From NCBI RefSeq assembly GCF_018977255.1, contig NW_024704743.1, positions 26,414,001-26,478,000 of the forward strand: a stretch of DNA of 64,000 nucleotides, written 5' to 3'. Positions 1 through 13,063 of the stretch are shown here, one piece after another (the first letter of the stretch is position 1; the number at the start of each line of letters is the position of its first letter). Under the pieces are notes generated by a model. It was not told the origin of the DNA. It was given only the letters and a program-made list of their open reading frames with translations, and searched no databases. The DNA comes from Callorhinchus milii. Lineage: Eukaryota. The position numbers and the translations under genes were made by a program.

Positions 1-84
1 ACGAAGGTTCAAATATCATCTAGGTTTCACAAGGCTAAATGTCAGTTAGGATACATTCATTACATTTGCCAAATATTGTACAAT

Positions 85-410
85 TAAATCAGAAGGTTGT
101 GGGTTCAAGCCTCACTCTGGGACTTTGTGCTCAAAGTGAGAGCCTGGTTGACACTCCAATGCATTGTTGGAGCTGTGGTCATTCGGATGAGATGCTAAGC
201 CGAAGTCCCGTCTGCCTGCTCAGGTGGACAATAAAGATCTCAGCCATTATATAATGCAGGAAGGTTGTTTCCCCTGATACTCTGGTTAACAATCACTTCA
301 CTTCAGTTGTGGGACATAATTGTGTACATATTGACATCTGTGGGCTATAAATTACACAGTCCTATCGAAGCACTTTATGGATTGATAAGGTACTATATTA
401 GATTATTACT
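85..410 (+). mobile_element. Deu-domain tRNA-derived SINE (SacSINE1/AmnSINE1-like), 5' clipped
   Basis: tcagaaggttgtgggttcaag B-box head, then Deu-like gatgagatgctaagccgaagtcccgtctgcctgctcaggtggac and a decayed L2-type tail; aligns with the other copies in the window. Confidence 0.7.
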
Positions 411-2509
411 ATGTGCTAAATTTCCTTTATGAGAAAGCATGGTCATAAAAGCATGTTAAAAACAGGATGCATGATAGACTTTGCCTGTTATATAAAAAAA
501 AGTCTATTAAACACTTACTAACAAAGGGCTGCTTGTCTCTGGAGTGTATCAGGAGGTAAATTCACCTCAGCCCATATGAAAACCTCAAAATGACCAACTG
601 CTCCATTGGCAAAATATGAGCTGCTCCATGCCACATTATACTTGAAGTGCTCACAGTTTGTAGCCCAGTGCAAATCATTTGACAGGTCGAAGAGATTTAC
701 ACAGGGCAAATAAAGAAACCAGGCTTTGAGCACACAATGCCAACCAGCACAGGGAGGGTTGTAGCTGATGCAAATGAGAGTTACTGTGTGTGTGTATAGG
801 GTGGTGGTGGGAGGCAGCTTTACATCAGTCTCTGACAGTTGGCAAATACATTCCTTATTTCCTGCTCAGTATTCATCAGGTCACCGTGGTTCAATAACAG
901 CGGAGAGGCACACAGTGCTGTGAGGATGCTGGAATGAATGTCACTTCTTCAGTTCCAGGGGCACTAACACCATTTGAAGGAGTCATTTTTCAGTGAAATT
1001 TAATTTGCCTTTGGCATTTGGGATGGAATCAGTGAAGTAAGATGGAATGCAAGGTAAGATACTGGAGAAGTTTATGAAAGATGTAAAAGTAAACTGACTT
1101 ATTGTTTTGGAGAAATGTCTGGGAGGCTGTTCACTTACTGCTAGCTTTGGTGAGCTTGGTAGCTGAAGCATCAAGAATAGGCTTTTACTAAAAAAAACAG
1201 GGCAATTCTAGCAATGAAAACAGTGAGACAGATTGCAAAGTTGTATTGTGTGGAGCTGGCTCAGTTTTCAGAGTGCGAAACGCATTGAAAATGGGAAATG
1301 ACATTTTCTGAATTGAGTTATTTTTTGCAATGGAACAGTAAAGTTTTACATATAGTCATGACAAAGCAAACATTAAGTGCTCGTCTCAGAGTCTCAGAAC
1401 TTGCTGAATAAATCTGTGATAACATTGAAAATGCAACGATTGTTTCCCCCAATTGACTCGTTTCTCTGCCTGTTGCTTTCTCACGTTACAACAGTGACAA
1501 GTGAATCAGTTAACCAGAATCTAACAAGATTAGCTGGCAATGCAGAGTCGAACAACTTAGTGAACATATCCCTTGTTGCTGGATCCCGGACTGATTTGTG
1601 CTGAATTTCTTCTGTTCTCTATGTGTTGTGCAACATGCGGGCTTTTAATCCAAATACAAGGTTTTTAGGCCGTGAGATTTATACAATGCCCCCCTTAAAA
1701 CGTAAAGGAATTTGAGCTGGGCATCTAACAAAGTTCTGTCAGAATGCGTTATGAAAAGCACAGTGGGAGTTGCTGTCCTAAGCATTTGTCTGCTCATAGA
1801 AATTCATCTGAAGAACCAGATTCCAAAAAGAACTCCTGGCTTGTAGTGCCAAGCATCATTTAAAATGAAGAGAGAAGGTTGGGGGGGGGGGGGGGGGGGA
1901 TGGGGACCTGTTGGAAATACAGGAAGAACAATGAAGTGCAAAGCTGCAACTTGCCAGAAAGAAATCTTTTTTGAAAAAAAAAGTTTGAAATGTTGTCGCT
2001 TCAAACCTCCTTTATGTGTGAAAGGTCAGGCGTTTCACCAGAGCTTTGAGCGAGAAAAAGCTGCAACTGAAGTTATTCTTTTTTTAAGCTGCAAGAAAAG
2101 TGTGTTTGCATACAAGGTGTGGACTTTCCAAGTACGAGGCTTATTAACTGTGGTAGACTGTTAGCAGACACAGCATTGAAGTAAACATGTTCTTTGCCTA
2201 GCAGATAGCCACAGTCACCGCATTTGTCACTAATTACTTACAATAACTTGCATCTATATAGCGTTTTTCACACTGGTTAACACCTTGAATGCTGAATGTA
2301 GATGTCCACCTACAAAATACACAGTCACTAAACTTTACAATAAATCCTGTGAAGAGCTTTGAGATGTCCTCCCTAGGTGAAAGTTGCTAAATCAAATTCA
2401 AGGATTATTATTAGTATAATAACAACAACAATAATAACAAGGTGCTTTGAAACATCTCTAACCAAGTGGAACCTTCGAAGAGTGAAAGTGGATTTCTAAC
2501 TCATTGATT

Positions 2510-2842
2510 TAGAAAGGACGGAGGAATCTCATGCTGAGCTCCTGCTCTTCATCAGGCTGTTGGGGAAGATTTGAGGGCATGGAATCAAAATGCTGCATGA
2601 TTCCCTCCCCTCACGTCTTCCCCAAAGCTTCACGGCCCGAAGGTTTGGAACACTCGCCCTCAATCCCTCCGCCTTGTCCCCTCCTTCCACTCTTTTAGAT
2701 CACGACTGAAGACCTTCTGCTTTGACCATACTTACGGTCACTTCTTCCTCCACCGGCTTGGTGTCAGACTCCGCCACTGTTGAGCACTCTGAGACACTGG
2801 CCTGCTTGAAGGGGGCTATAAAAATGCAAGTTGTTGTTGCTG
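2510..2842 (+). mobile_element. L2 LINE 3' fragment, older subfamily
   Basis: Decayed LWN..P..LR..FKS.LKT coding remnant, tail gagcactctgagacac...gggggctataaaaatgcaag(ttg)n. Confidence 0.75.
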
Positions 2843-2919
2843 TCACACGTGTGAGACTCTGGTTCAGAGTATCGCTGGCAGAGGAGGAGAAATCACAAGA
2901 TTGGTTAAGACGAAGAAGG

Positions 2920-3660
2920 CCCTAAGGCCCCTCTGTTCATCGCTGCAGAAAAAGCAGCCCATCATCCCCCATAATAGCATCAAGCTATTTTTTAAGTAAG
3001 TCCAGTGTCCTGCCTCAACCATCTTTCCTGACAATTTATTCCAATTATTGATTACCCTCTGCACAAAAAAAACTTCCTTGCTCCTGTCCTGAAGTTGAAG
3101 TTGCCCTTTGCAACTCTAAACCTATTGTTCTACTATCGTGGTGGATCCTAAAGTATGGTCTGCGTTTATTATTATAATCCCACGTAAAATGTTATACACC
3201 TTATGAGGTCCCCTCTGAATCATCTTCTCTAAAGGCTGAAGAGCCCTAGCTTGCACAGTTCTCTCCGGCTTGGTGTCATCTGCAATTTTTAATCTTGCAG
3301 TACGCAATATAATTAATATACTCAAGGAACAGCAGGGACTTTCCAGTACAGCCTCTGGCGGCAACCTGCTTAGTACATCTCCCCAATTGGCCTTGCTCCC
3401 CTAACAAAGACCCTCTGATTTCTTCCCTCCAGCCAATTCTGAATCCATGCCCATGTGTGGATTGATAGCCAGTGACCACAGTTTGTGAACGAGTCTTTCA
3501 TATGGTACTTTGTCAAACGCGGTTTGGAAGTCTATACTCCATAATATGGCTTTACAAAGTCAATTTGGGCTTTCGCCTCTGCAAAAACATTGGTCAAACA
3601 AGACCTATATTTTCTGAACCCATCATGGCTGTCATTTATTTGATTCATTTTTCAGATTGT
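2920..3660 (-). mobile_element. CR1 LINE 3' fragment, decayed with internal deletions
   Basis: Minus-strand ORF remnants QRVINNWNKLSGKMVEAG (CR1 ORF2 C-terminus) and KIADDTK; DFQTAFDKVP-like sequence near 3510-3535. Confidence 0.75.
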
Positions 3661-4190
3661 TTGCTTGTTCTGCAACACAATGATGTTTGTGGTGGTTGTC
3701 ACTGAGTGTAAGAATCTGGAGAGGGAGAAAAAAGAGCACAAAATGAGGTTAGTGGGGGGAATGGGGATAAGGGGGATATATAAATGCATAATATACAGGT
3801 CAGTGGCTCTCACACATGGTCCCATACAGATTCCTTCCTCATTCTGTAATCTCAGCTGTCACCATGGTCAATTCCTTAAGGAACACACAAAAGCAGGGCT
3901 TGTCGAACATGGTAACAAGTTAAAATAAAATGAGGATTCACTTGAGGGAAGAGAGCTGGATTGGTGCAAACTATGTGGAGGAGTAAAGTTTATGATTTCT
4001 CTCACCTTAAAGGTGTTTTAGGAGCCTTTTTTTCATGGAGAAACTGAATATAAGAAAGTCACAATTTGAAAACTGGCCAAAAGCATAGTTATTTTAAAGT
4101 GGAGCTGGGCATGTCTATCTGTTACACTCTAGTCTGTCAGTTGTGTTTTACATCGAGTAGCAGGTAATATCTGAAAATTACTTTTATCTG

Positions 4191-4273
4191 GTGTGTTACT
4201 CTCTCTGGTGTGTTACTCTCTCTAGTGTGTTACTTTGTCTGATGTGTTACTCTGACTGGTGTGGTAATCTCTG
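4191..4273. repeat. 17-bp minisatellite, about 5 degenerate units (gtgtgttactctctctg)
   Basis: Units start at 4191, 4208, 4225, 4242 and 4259. Confidence 0.85.
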
Positions 4274-4319
4274 TGCTGAGTTGCTTCATTTGTTGAGTTA
4301 TCTTATTGGTACTCTATCA

Positions 4320-4510
4320 GACCGAGCCTCATCCTGCCCATGCCCTATATCCTTACAACCCATCACTTCATTAGCAGAACCACTAGGTTGTGTATTGAGC
4401 AGGAACCCTGGTTAACATTTTATTTCTCTAGCCTGCATTCTCTACTTCTACTCTACAAAAGGTTAGTTAACTCAGTACAGACCAATTATCGAACATGTCA
4501 TCTTGCTGGG
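4320..4510 (-). mobile_element. LF-SINE-like fragment
   Basis: gagcctcatcctgccc...gagcaggaaccctgg...ttaactcagtacagacca, the reverse complement of the LF-SINE body seen at 25790 and 21470. Confidence 0.55.
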
Positions 4511-4860
4511 TTATAAGCCTCGCTTCTGCCTGGCAAGTGGCTTTATGAAGTGAGTCTTTGGGAAGCCATGGAGTGTGTGTAATTGGAATGGCATTGTCAT
4601 TTTGTGGGTTTGATCTGGAAATATTAATGAGAATCACTGAGAAGGTAGTATTGTGGCAAAACCAGGATTTTCGATAACAGAATCATCNAAAAAATACTGA
4701 ATTGGACCAAAGAGGCTCTACCCAATAGAACAAAAGTCCAGAAAAAATGTAACTGACNTTTTTTTCGTTTAAAAAGAGTGAAACTCTACAGGTCTGTACT
4801 GCCTTCACTATCAGCGCTGCTATTAGCATGAGGGGCAGGGATTCTTCCTACTTCCTACAT

Positions 4861-5230
4861 GGAGTCCTGAAGCATAGTGGTTTGAGCACTCGTCTCGCAA
4901 GAGAGAGGACCTGGGTTCATTTCCCGGGCAGGGCAAACCTTAGATAAGTTTTCTTACTCCACACGCCTCTGTTTACCTAGCAGTAAGTAGGAACCCAGTT
5001 ATTAGTCGATTGGCAGATCGCTTTTCTGAGTGTGATAATCCCTTAACAAGAATTTGGTCACACAATCCACAGCTGGTTGTGGAACACTGCTGTGTAATGG
5101 AATTGGCTGCTACGTTACGCTGACAAAATATACAGTCAATTAACTTTACCATATATTCTGTGATGCGCTTTGAGACATCTCAACAACGTGATAAGGTGCT
5201 ATATCAAATGTAGGTATTATTATTATTATT
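4861..5230 (+). mobile_element. tRNA-Ala-like-headed SINE, long (CORE-like) form, full length
   Basis: ggagtcctg..head with tctcgcaagagaga anticodon arm, ctgtttacctagcagtaagtaggaaccc segment, L2-type stem-loop and (tta)n tail. Confidence 0.9.
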
Positions 5231-5605
5231 ACTTAGCTCTTGTTAACTATGCAAGCCAAAACTCCAATGAATAGGGTGGTGCAATCTGGACAAGCAGGGG
5301 GAAGTTTGCCAGGTAGCAATTTAATTGGCAAGCTCTGCGGTTTTAAATAGTCAAACTCCAATAATACCACAATGCACAATCTGCGGTTCTCAAGCCTTGG
5401 CTCTCGCTAACTTGTGCCTAGGTACTTTCCAGAATTAGGTAAGCAGAGTACATCCCTCCAAAGACTACAATGTGCACTGCATTCCAGGCACAGGGGAAAT
5501 TTCCATACATAGATGGCAAGCATAGAACTTGCAGTCTGGTTTGGATACTCTTTAAGTATGGTGAGGTGGTGTCAGAAACCCGACTGATTAAAAAGGGGTG
5601 CATTT
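5231..5605 (-). repeat. Unclassified interspersed repeat, copy A (inverted relative to B and C; interrupted by the SINE at 4861-5230)
   Basis: cttagctcttgttaactatgcaagcc...gccttggctctc...ggatactctttaagtatg matches the reverse complement of 15605-15985. Confidence 0.7.
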
Positions 5606-5745
5606 GTATGGATGTCAGGTGAGAACATGATTGGATTCAGCTATGATGTCTACCACGATTGACACGACTGCCCAACACTCAGTCTCAGCTCACAGATTGA
5701 AATTGCCATTTGGGGGAGGCACTGGGGAGTGCCCTTACACCAACA
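5606..5745 (+). mobile_element. LF-SINE-like 3' half
   Basis: gatgtcaggtgagaacatgattggattcagctatgatg...aacactcagtctcagctcaca...gccatttgggggaggcactgg. Confidence 0.55.
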
Positions 5746-6424
5746 GAAAGTTCAAATCACCTTCAGAAAAGGATGATAATAAATACTGTAGAACAAGTAG
5801 GATGGAAGTGCATTAAATTAATATATAGTGTCAAAACCTACTGTCAACTGTCACTCCAAATCACATAAAACAAATGCTGACAGTGAAGGCAGAATTGATC
5901 TCAGTGCATTATATTTAGCCTATATTACAAATCCTACATTTTAACTCTCACTTTACTGAAAAGCAACCTGCGCTTGCTCTCTGAAGTTAATGTTGTCACG
6001 ATGTTTAGCTTTGGTATGCACATGCAGATGTGGGTCAGTCGTTTTAATGTCTTTGCCCAGCAGACCACTGTGACTTGAGTAAATGTTTATGAGCTAGTCG
6101 AAAAAGAAAGCTTTTCTTTCCAAACCACATCAAAGGAGCCAAAGAGCAGAAGGGCTTCTGCAAACAATCACTTCATTTTCTTCACACACTTTCCACCTGA
6201 TTAAACCCAAAGTTTCCTTGTGGGGTTCTGGAGGGAAAGGGAAAGGCTGGTTGGTCTCAAAGGTACAAAAACAAAAGAGAACAAGCTCCTCAACCAATAA
6301 TGTGAGCGCACCCAATAATTAAGGTCACACTTCTTACTTTTATTCTCGTGGGCTCAAAACTAAAATTAACTATTTTTTCTGAAAAGATAAGTGTAATATG
6401 ATTGTTCTCACTTTACTTGAGGGA

Positions 6425-6686
6425 TTGTCGGCCAGGATTGGATACCAGGAAAAAAAGTCTTCTCTTTTCGAATTGTGCTGTGAGAACTTTAACATCTACC
6501 TGAATATGCAGACACCACTTCAGGTTAACGTCTCATTCGAAGGATGGTACTTTCAAACAATACAACCCCTGCACCACATTAGAGTGTCAGCCTAGACTAT
6601 GTCAATTGAAAGTCCCAATGTGGGGCTTCAAACGTAACTTTCTGACTCAGAGGCATGAGTGCTATCCTCAGATCCAGGCTGACACT
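6425..6686 (-). mobile_element. Deu-domain SINE, 5' half
   Basis: Reverse complement of the head (ttctgactcagaggcatgagtgcta...ccaggctgacac) and the Deu core. Confidence 0.75.
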
Positions 6687-6689
6687 TAG

Positions 6690-7055
6690 TAATAATGATA
6701 ATCCTTGCATTTGATATAACACCTTATCACATCTTTGTGATGTCTCAAAGCATTTCATAGAATATACTATAAAGTAAATTGACTGTATATTTTGTGGGCG
6801 AAACGCAGCAGCTAATTGCGCACAGCAGTGTCCCACAAACAGTTGTGGATTGAGTAACCATGTTATTGTTATTATTATTTATTTATTTTTGAAGGGATTA
6901 TTATTTCCCCTGGAAAGCGATCTCCCAATTGACTAACAACCGGGTTCCTACTTACTGCTAGTCTAGTTAAACAGAGGCATGTGGAGTAAGGAAACTTTCC
7001 CAACATTTCGCCCTGACCAGGAATCAAACCCAGGTCCTCTCACTTGCATACTGAG
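6690..7055 (-). mobile_element. tRNA-Ala-like SINE, long form
   Basis: (taa)n atccttgcatttgatat tail through ccgggttcctacttactgctag to gaatcaaacccaggtcctctc. Confidence 0.9.
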
Positions 7056-7415
7056 TAGTATCAAGGGTAGGCATATGGAAACGTCAGTTGATACTTGAGA
7101 GTTCTGTGAAGGTTTGTGCAGGTGTAGCAACTGGATGATGGCACTGGGCCAGAAATGGAAACTGGATATTGAAGAACTTCCGACTTGACAGAGCTCTTCT
7201 TTGATGGTCACTTCTTACAATTATAGTGGTGGAAACAAGTGGCAGCTGTTTATTTCTTCCAAATACTTTTCAGTCTTGTCTGAGCAAAATGCTTAATAGG
7301 GTTGTTCATAGCTTAAATTGCTTTACTTGTAACCCAGAAATTCCTGTATGCAAATGAACTGGATTTTTGGGCAATTCAAAGCTGAAATTGCAAATCAGTG
7401 TTTCTGAAAATGTTG

Positions 7416-7775
7416 GTGTCATTTGGGAGCATCGGCAACTCTGAGTCAGCCCTCAAGCTCCATGTTGGGACTTTGAACTCACAATCTAGTCTGACATTCC
7501 AACACAATGGTGGGGAGTGCAGGATTGTTGGAGGTGCCGGCCTTCAGAAGAGACGTTAAACTGAAACGTTAAACTGAGGGGTTGTCTGCCTGTTTAGATG
7601 GTTGTCAAAGATCCCATGGCACTATTCCTTAAATAAAGAAATTGGTCATTCACTTCAAGGCTGTCTGTGCTACATTGCTCTGTGCAAAATGGGTGCCAGC
7701 TTTGCCATAAACAGTCACTACACTTTACAATAAATCCTCTAAATTGCTTTAACACAATGCAATGATTATTATTAA
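7416..7775 (+). mobile_element. Deu-domain SINE
   Basis: ctctgagtcag head, ttgttggaggtgcc..gagacgttaaactgagg..gatcccatggcactatt core. Confidence 0.8.
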
Positions 7776-8492
7776 AAGTTTGAAAGTTGCAGTTTAAATA
7801 AAATGTTTGCCGTTTGTGTACAAGAATTTATTGCTTGCAAGCTAGACATTCCTAACAGGAAACAAGGAGAATTGTGTTTATGATTTGAGTTGGTTATATG
7901 CAAAATATTGTGGTTGACAAATTGCGAGTCCAAATTCGGCAAAGTTGGAGTAAAAAGCAGGCAGAAAATCCTAAAAATACAACTGCGTCGTTTTCAAGTG
8001 TGCAAAGAATTAACAGCCAAACCCCAGGAAGAAATAAATCTGAAATAGTGCTGTTGGGAATTTCACATTGTGTATTTCAATACAACAATGGTAATCCAAA
8101 CAGTAGGATATTTGAAATTTGATAATTATGAGTATGACATACTGTAAATTCTTCCCCTCTTCCTGTATAATTGAATGAAGAATACAATATTATCACGTCA
8201 CATGCTACATTTTTCACCTCCCCCTCCCCCACTGGTATAAACCTCTGTCACCTGTTAGCAATTGCGACATGTTTTAGTGCCACAAGAATGCTGATCTTCC
8301 ATCCTGTATCTATGTCTGAAATGCAGCACTCAACAGACAACATTCAATGTAGGGTGTTACATACCAGTGTGAGTTTGAGAGTTTGAGTGATGGTGTCACA
8401 TTGTCTATAAAAGGCAGTACACAGACTGCAGTTGCGATTTTCTTAATTGTCGTCTTAGTTTTTGTTAAGGGTTTTAATCCTGCCCGGCTTCT

Positions 8493-8741
8493 TAATCCTT
8501 GAATTTGAATTTGATATAGCGCTTTTCACGTCTTCTAGACGTCTCAAAGAGCTTCACAGAATATACTGTAAAGTGAATTGCATTTTTGTGGGTGAAATGC
8601 GGCAGCCAATTGTGCACAGCAGTGTCCCACAAACAGCTATGGATTGAAGTGACAAAATTATTGTTTTTTTTCTTGAGGGATTATTAACAGGCGTGTGGAG
8701 TAAGGAAACTTGCCCAAGGTTTTGCCCTGCCGGAAATCGAA
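8493..8741 (-). mobile_element. tRNA-Ala-like SINE, short form, 5' truncated
   Basis: Tail stem-loop agcgcttttcacgtcttctagacgtctcaaagagct, body, and ggcgtgtggagtaaggaaacttgcccaagg without the ~60 bp segment. Confidence 0.88.
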
Positions 8742-9139
8742 TCTTCTTTCCTCCCCTACTCCTCCAGCTCACCACCATTGCTGATTTCATAATCCTTCAC
8801 AGATAACACACTGGTTCTTTTAAAAAAGTTACAATTAAAACTAATCATTCAAACGTTGCCTATCATAACATTTATATTTTGTAATCTGTGTTAAAAGCCA
8901 AATCACTCAAAGAATGGACTGTGTCCCAGATGGGACCCGATAATCGTTGTGGATCAAGATAGCCCGTATAAAGACCTTTATTCCATCTCTCCATATAAGT
9001 GGTCACTCTCTTAGACTTGGGATTAGCGGAACACTTTTTGATTCCAACTATTTGCCCCTCATTGATCAGGATAATGGAGAGAAGTTTTAACAGTTCAGCT
9101 TGTACAGCGTACAGGAGTTGAACTGACAAAGACAACCAT

Positions 9140-9600
9140 CTGTCTGTGCTGAGTTAGCTGATCTTAGCCAGGGCAGCACTTCAATCAGTTTTTTCTGGAT
9201 CAGGAAGTTGAAATTCAGCTGGGTTCCCCACTTTGTATCCACATTACAACGTTGAATTCATGGTTGAGGCTAACTCTCCAGTGCGACGCTCGGAGTGTTC
9301 TTCATTATTCAAGATACCTTTGTTTGACTGAAACATTAAGCCAAAATCCCAGCTGCCTGTTCAAATGAACATTTGAAGATCCCTTGATACTATTTGAAAA
9401 GAGAAGGCACTTTTTCCTGATATTCTGGCCAGCAATCCCCCAAATAAAATGAGCTGTATGTGGGCTATTGCTGTGTGCAAATTGTCTGCCGTATTGGCCT
9501 ACATGTACACAGGCACTATACTTCAGAGTAAATCCTGTGAAGAGCTTTGAGACATCTCCATGACATGATAAGGCGACATATCAAATACAAAGATTAATAC
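9140..9600 (+). mobile_element. LF-SINE-like fragment (9140-9280) followed by Deu-domain SINE body and tail (9280-9600)
   Basis: ctgtgctgagttagctgatcttagcc (LF-like), then aacattaagccaaaatcccagctgcctgttcaaatg...gagctttgagacatctcc tail. Confidence 0.65.
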
Positions 9601-10127
9601 CTAGAAACCCTTGGTAAAATGTACGAAAACGAGTTAGTGGAATGTGAGAATAGGTTTCTCAGTTTGACCTTAACTGCATCTCCAGCAATAAATCCTATAT
9701 ACCTCAGACTAACTCAGAGTCAGAGCCAAGGTCCCATGAGTTTGCACCAGGTATACAAGGTTCTCTGCTGGAGATACTCTTTATGCATTGAGGCACCTTT
9801 TCTGGTGTAGAGGCCAGTAGCCTTACTATTTTCCTGAGGAGCTTTTTTGCCCAACATCTCTAATTTGAACTGCTGTAAATGCGTCAAAATGTGGATAAAA
9901 ACAGGATTTTTGGAGGTACAGTGTGAACATACACTTTTGGTGCCTAACTTTCAATATTCACAAACTTATTATTATAATAATAATAATCATAATAATTTAA
10001 GCACTTTGAGATGCTACCCCCATGAAAGACACTATTTAAATGCAAATTGTCGTTGTTGTAATAACAATAATAATCCTTGCATTTAACATAAAGTCTTATC
10101 ACATTGTCGAGATGTCTCAAAGTGCTT

Positions 10128-10361
10128 AATAATAATAATAATAATCCTTGCATTTGATATAGCGCTTTTCATGTCTTCTGGACGTCTCAAAGCGCTTCAC
10201 AGAATATGCTGTAAAGTGAATTGACTGTATATTTGTGGGCGAAATGTGATAGCCAATTGCGCACAGCAGTGTCCCATAAACAGTCGTGGATTGAAAATGA
10301 CTAATTTATTATTGTTTTGTTTTGGAGGGATTATTATTAGGCATGTGGAGTAAGGAAACTT
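10128..10361 (-). mobile_element. tRNA-Ala-like SINE, short form, 5' truncated; stacked on two more solo tails (about 9998-10127)
   Basis: Same body as 50588-50916; the adjacent tails share (taa)n tracts. Confidence 0.88.
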
Positions 10362-13002
10362 ACATGATACACTGTAAAGAGATGGAACTATGTGCAGCAG
10401 TAGTGACTTCTGGATTTTGGCGATCGAAAGGTGTTTAATTGACTATATTCACAAAAAATGGTAAAGTGTAAAAAAAGGGTCAGAGCAAAATGGAAATGTC
10501 AGACAGGAAGCCACAATTAGCATATTCATTCGGGTTTGCAAATATCATAGATTGGACCCCTTTTTTCAAGTTTTGTATAATCATTCACAAATATTGAATC
10601 CTGCACATACTCATTTCTCTCGTGTCAACTTCCTGGAACTCCACTTGGAAACAAATCCTATTTCCAACTTTCATACAGTCAGAAATGTGGTCAAAGGAGC
10701 GTCTGGGAGGAGATTGGATGGATGATACTCCATTCTTCATGTTGTGGTGCTATAATATGTGATTCCAAAGCAGATTTCATGATTAGAAGAGTTACTGGCA
10801 AATATCATCAAATCTCTTAATTTTATTCCAAGATTTGTTAAGGACCGAAACCATAGTGGTGTTTGTACAGTGTGCAGTCTGCAGTCAGTTTGTTTGGAGA
10901 AGGTCTTTTCATTAGATTGGGAAGTTCAACCCATTTAAAGTGCAGTTTGCACAGGCTGGTGAGCGATTGTCTATATTAAACATTGGTGTCAGTGTTAAGG
11001 AGCTGCAATGCATAGCAAATAGTTTGATCAATTCGCAACTGCTTGTCAAAGATCACAGGAAGGTCGTTTATTTCAGACCAAACATTTTTGTAGTCAGGGG
11101 CCACTTTGTTAAAAAAAACATTGTTTGCAGCATATTTTCCATTGAATGACTGAGGGCAACTTTGTTTTGCGGTGCCATTTATCAGTGTACTTTCGCATTG
11201 TTGCTGGGTATCAAACAAATGATTTTTTGACTGGTTAAAAGAGTTGAAGGAGTGAACCAAGTCACACACAAAGCACCTGAAGACCCAGGCTTCTACTCAG
11301 TAATGATCCTGTTCATGCTGATAGAGAGCTCTGGCCTGTCCCTGATCAGTAATCGGTGTTGACTGGGATTGTCTACTTTGCTCATGAGCGGCTGAAGTAG
11401 ATTAATGATCCTTTTACTGTGGTGACATCGCGGCAACATTCATCAGCTGTGACATGGAATAGAGTATTAGAATAAATGGTTGTAGGATCTGTGTCTGATG
11501 CTTCCATGGGTCTGTTATACGACCACTTGATACGTTTCCCACAGCTAAATCCACGAACAGCAATTAAAATACAGTTAAATATCTTGGCTTGTAATCTATC
11601 ACGAGGTTGGTGAGTTTTAAAAAAAAACAGGCTTTAGAGACTTGGAAGAAGAATAGAAATTGTTTATTACATAAATCGTAGGAATCTCTTTCCTCCCTCG
11701 ATAAACAGCAACAACAACTTGCCTTGAAATAGTGGTGATCATTTAGGGTAACTTCTTGGAGTGCTTCACAAAGGCAGTCGAATACCTCACAACAACAACT
11801 TGCATTTATCTAGCACCCTTCACCCGGGGTAGAGTTCTGGAGCACTTAGGGGCGAGGGGGAGTGGATCGTACACACAGTCAAAGTAGTTTTTTTGTGTGA
11901 GATTTAAAGATAGAGAGAGAGGGGAAGGGAAATGGAGGGGAAGAGGCTGGAAGTTCCAGTGGTGAGAAGCATTAAATGCACCACCCACTGGCCTCAGTAT
12001 AATGGTTTTACCCAAAGACTTCTCTGCTCCTTTGCTTCCTCTCAGTCTCTCATCTGCACTATTTGCATTATTCGAAAAGAAAAAGGAATTTCTCCTGGTG
12101 TCTTGGCCAACCATGCCCCTTATAAAATTGGTCACTCACTTTTTGGTTGTTTGTGAAACATTGCTTTGCGCAACTGGCTGCTGTGTTCATCCACACAGTC
12201 AATCCATTTTAGAGTATATCCTGTGAAGCGCTTTGAGATGTCTCGATGGTGTGATAAGGTGCTATAATCAAATGCAAAGATTATTATTAGAGCCAGCACC
12301 CTGTGAAGCAGCAGTCAAATGCTAACTATAGGATCTACAATATAAATCAGGCTTGCTTAGTGATATCCAAGTATAGTACATGCCAACAGTTTTTGAATTA
12401 GGCTTAGCAGTGAGCCAATATGCCAACAACAACAACTTGTATGTATACAGTGCCATTTTCGCAGGATAGCGTCTCAGAGCTCTGCCATGCCAAAGTCAAC
12501 GGTGGGAATGCTTATCAAAATCACAGGGAATCTGTTATGAAACATTGCCTGTTTCATCCTTTATTTAAAAAACATTTTGAAATGTTGCAATTTTTACCCT
12601 TTATTTTGAAAACTGTTCAAACCTACACATACTCAAAGTTGTTTATTGCCCAGTGTGGATATCAGTCACACAATCCAGAGAAACCACAGGTTAAATCCTT
12701 GTGCGCATTGTGCTAGCTGATGTTAACAGCAGGTAGTTTATAAAAATCAGATTCAAATTGGTCTACATCTTTTTATACACAGTACACTATTCGAAAGGAG
12801 CATCTACATTGGCTTCTTATTCTACACTCGTGACATTTTGTCGTTTTATATGCCATGTCTTGCTTTCGCTGGTGCGTGTGTCTCAGAAGCTGTTATTCAG
12901 TTCCATCCTCCTGGTCTTTGCTGCCTAAACCAAAGTATTGGTCCTGTAGCTCAGTGGTTAGAGCATTCACCTCGCAAGGATGTTGCAGTGGAAAGTTGCA
13001 GC

Positions 13003-13063
13003 AACAACAACCACAACTTGTACTTATATAGTGCCCGCCACGCAGGGTCATGTCTCAGAGCGC
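13003..13063 (-). mobile_element. Solo 3' tail of older L2 subfamily inserted in CR1
   Basis: (caa)n cttgtacttatatagtgccc...tctcagagcgc; removing it restores the CR1 frame DVAVESCSTIHITTSMV. Confidence 0.75.

Noticed and set aside
4191..4273. Regularly spaced repeats as a possible CRISPR-like array
   Set aside because: Head-to-tail minisatellite without unique spacers, in a vertebrate context with no cas genes.
4688..4758. Single N bases at 4688 and 4758 next to homopolymers; poly-G at about 1881-1899
   Set aside because: Sequencing or assembly ambiguity and simple repeats, not biology.
8405..8412. TATA-like tataaaag
   Set aside because: Isolated motif with no downstream exon evidence.
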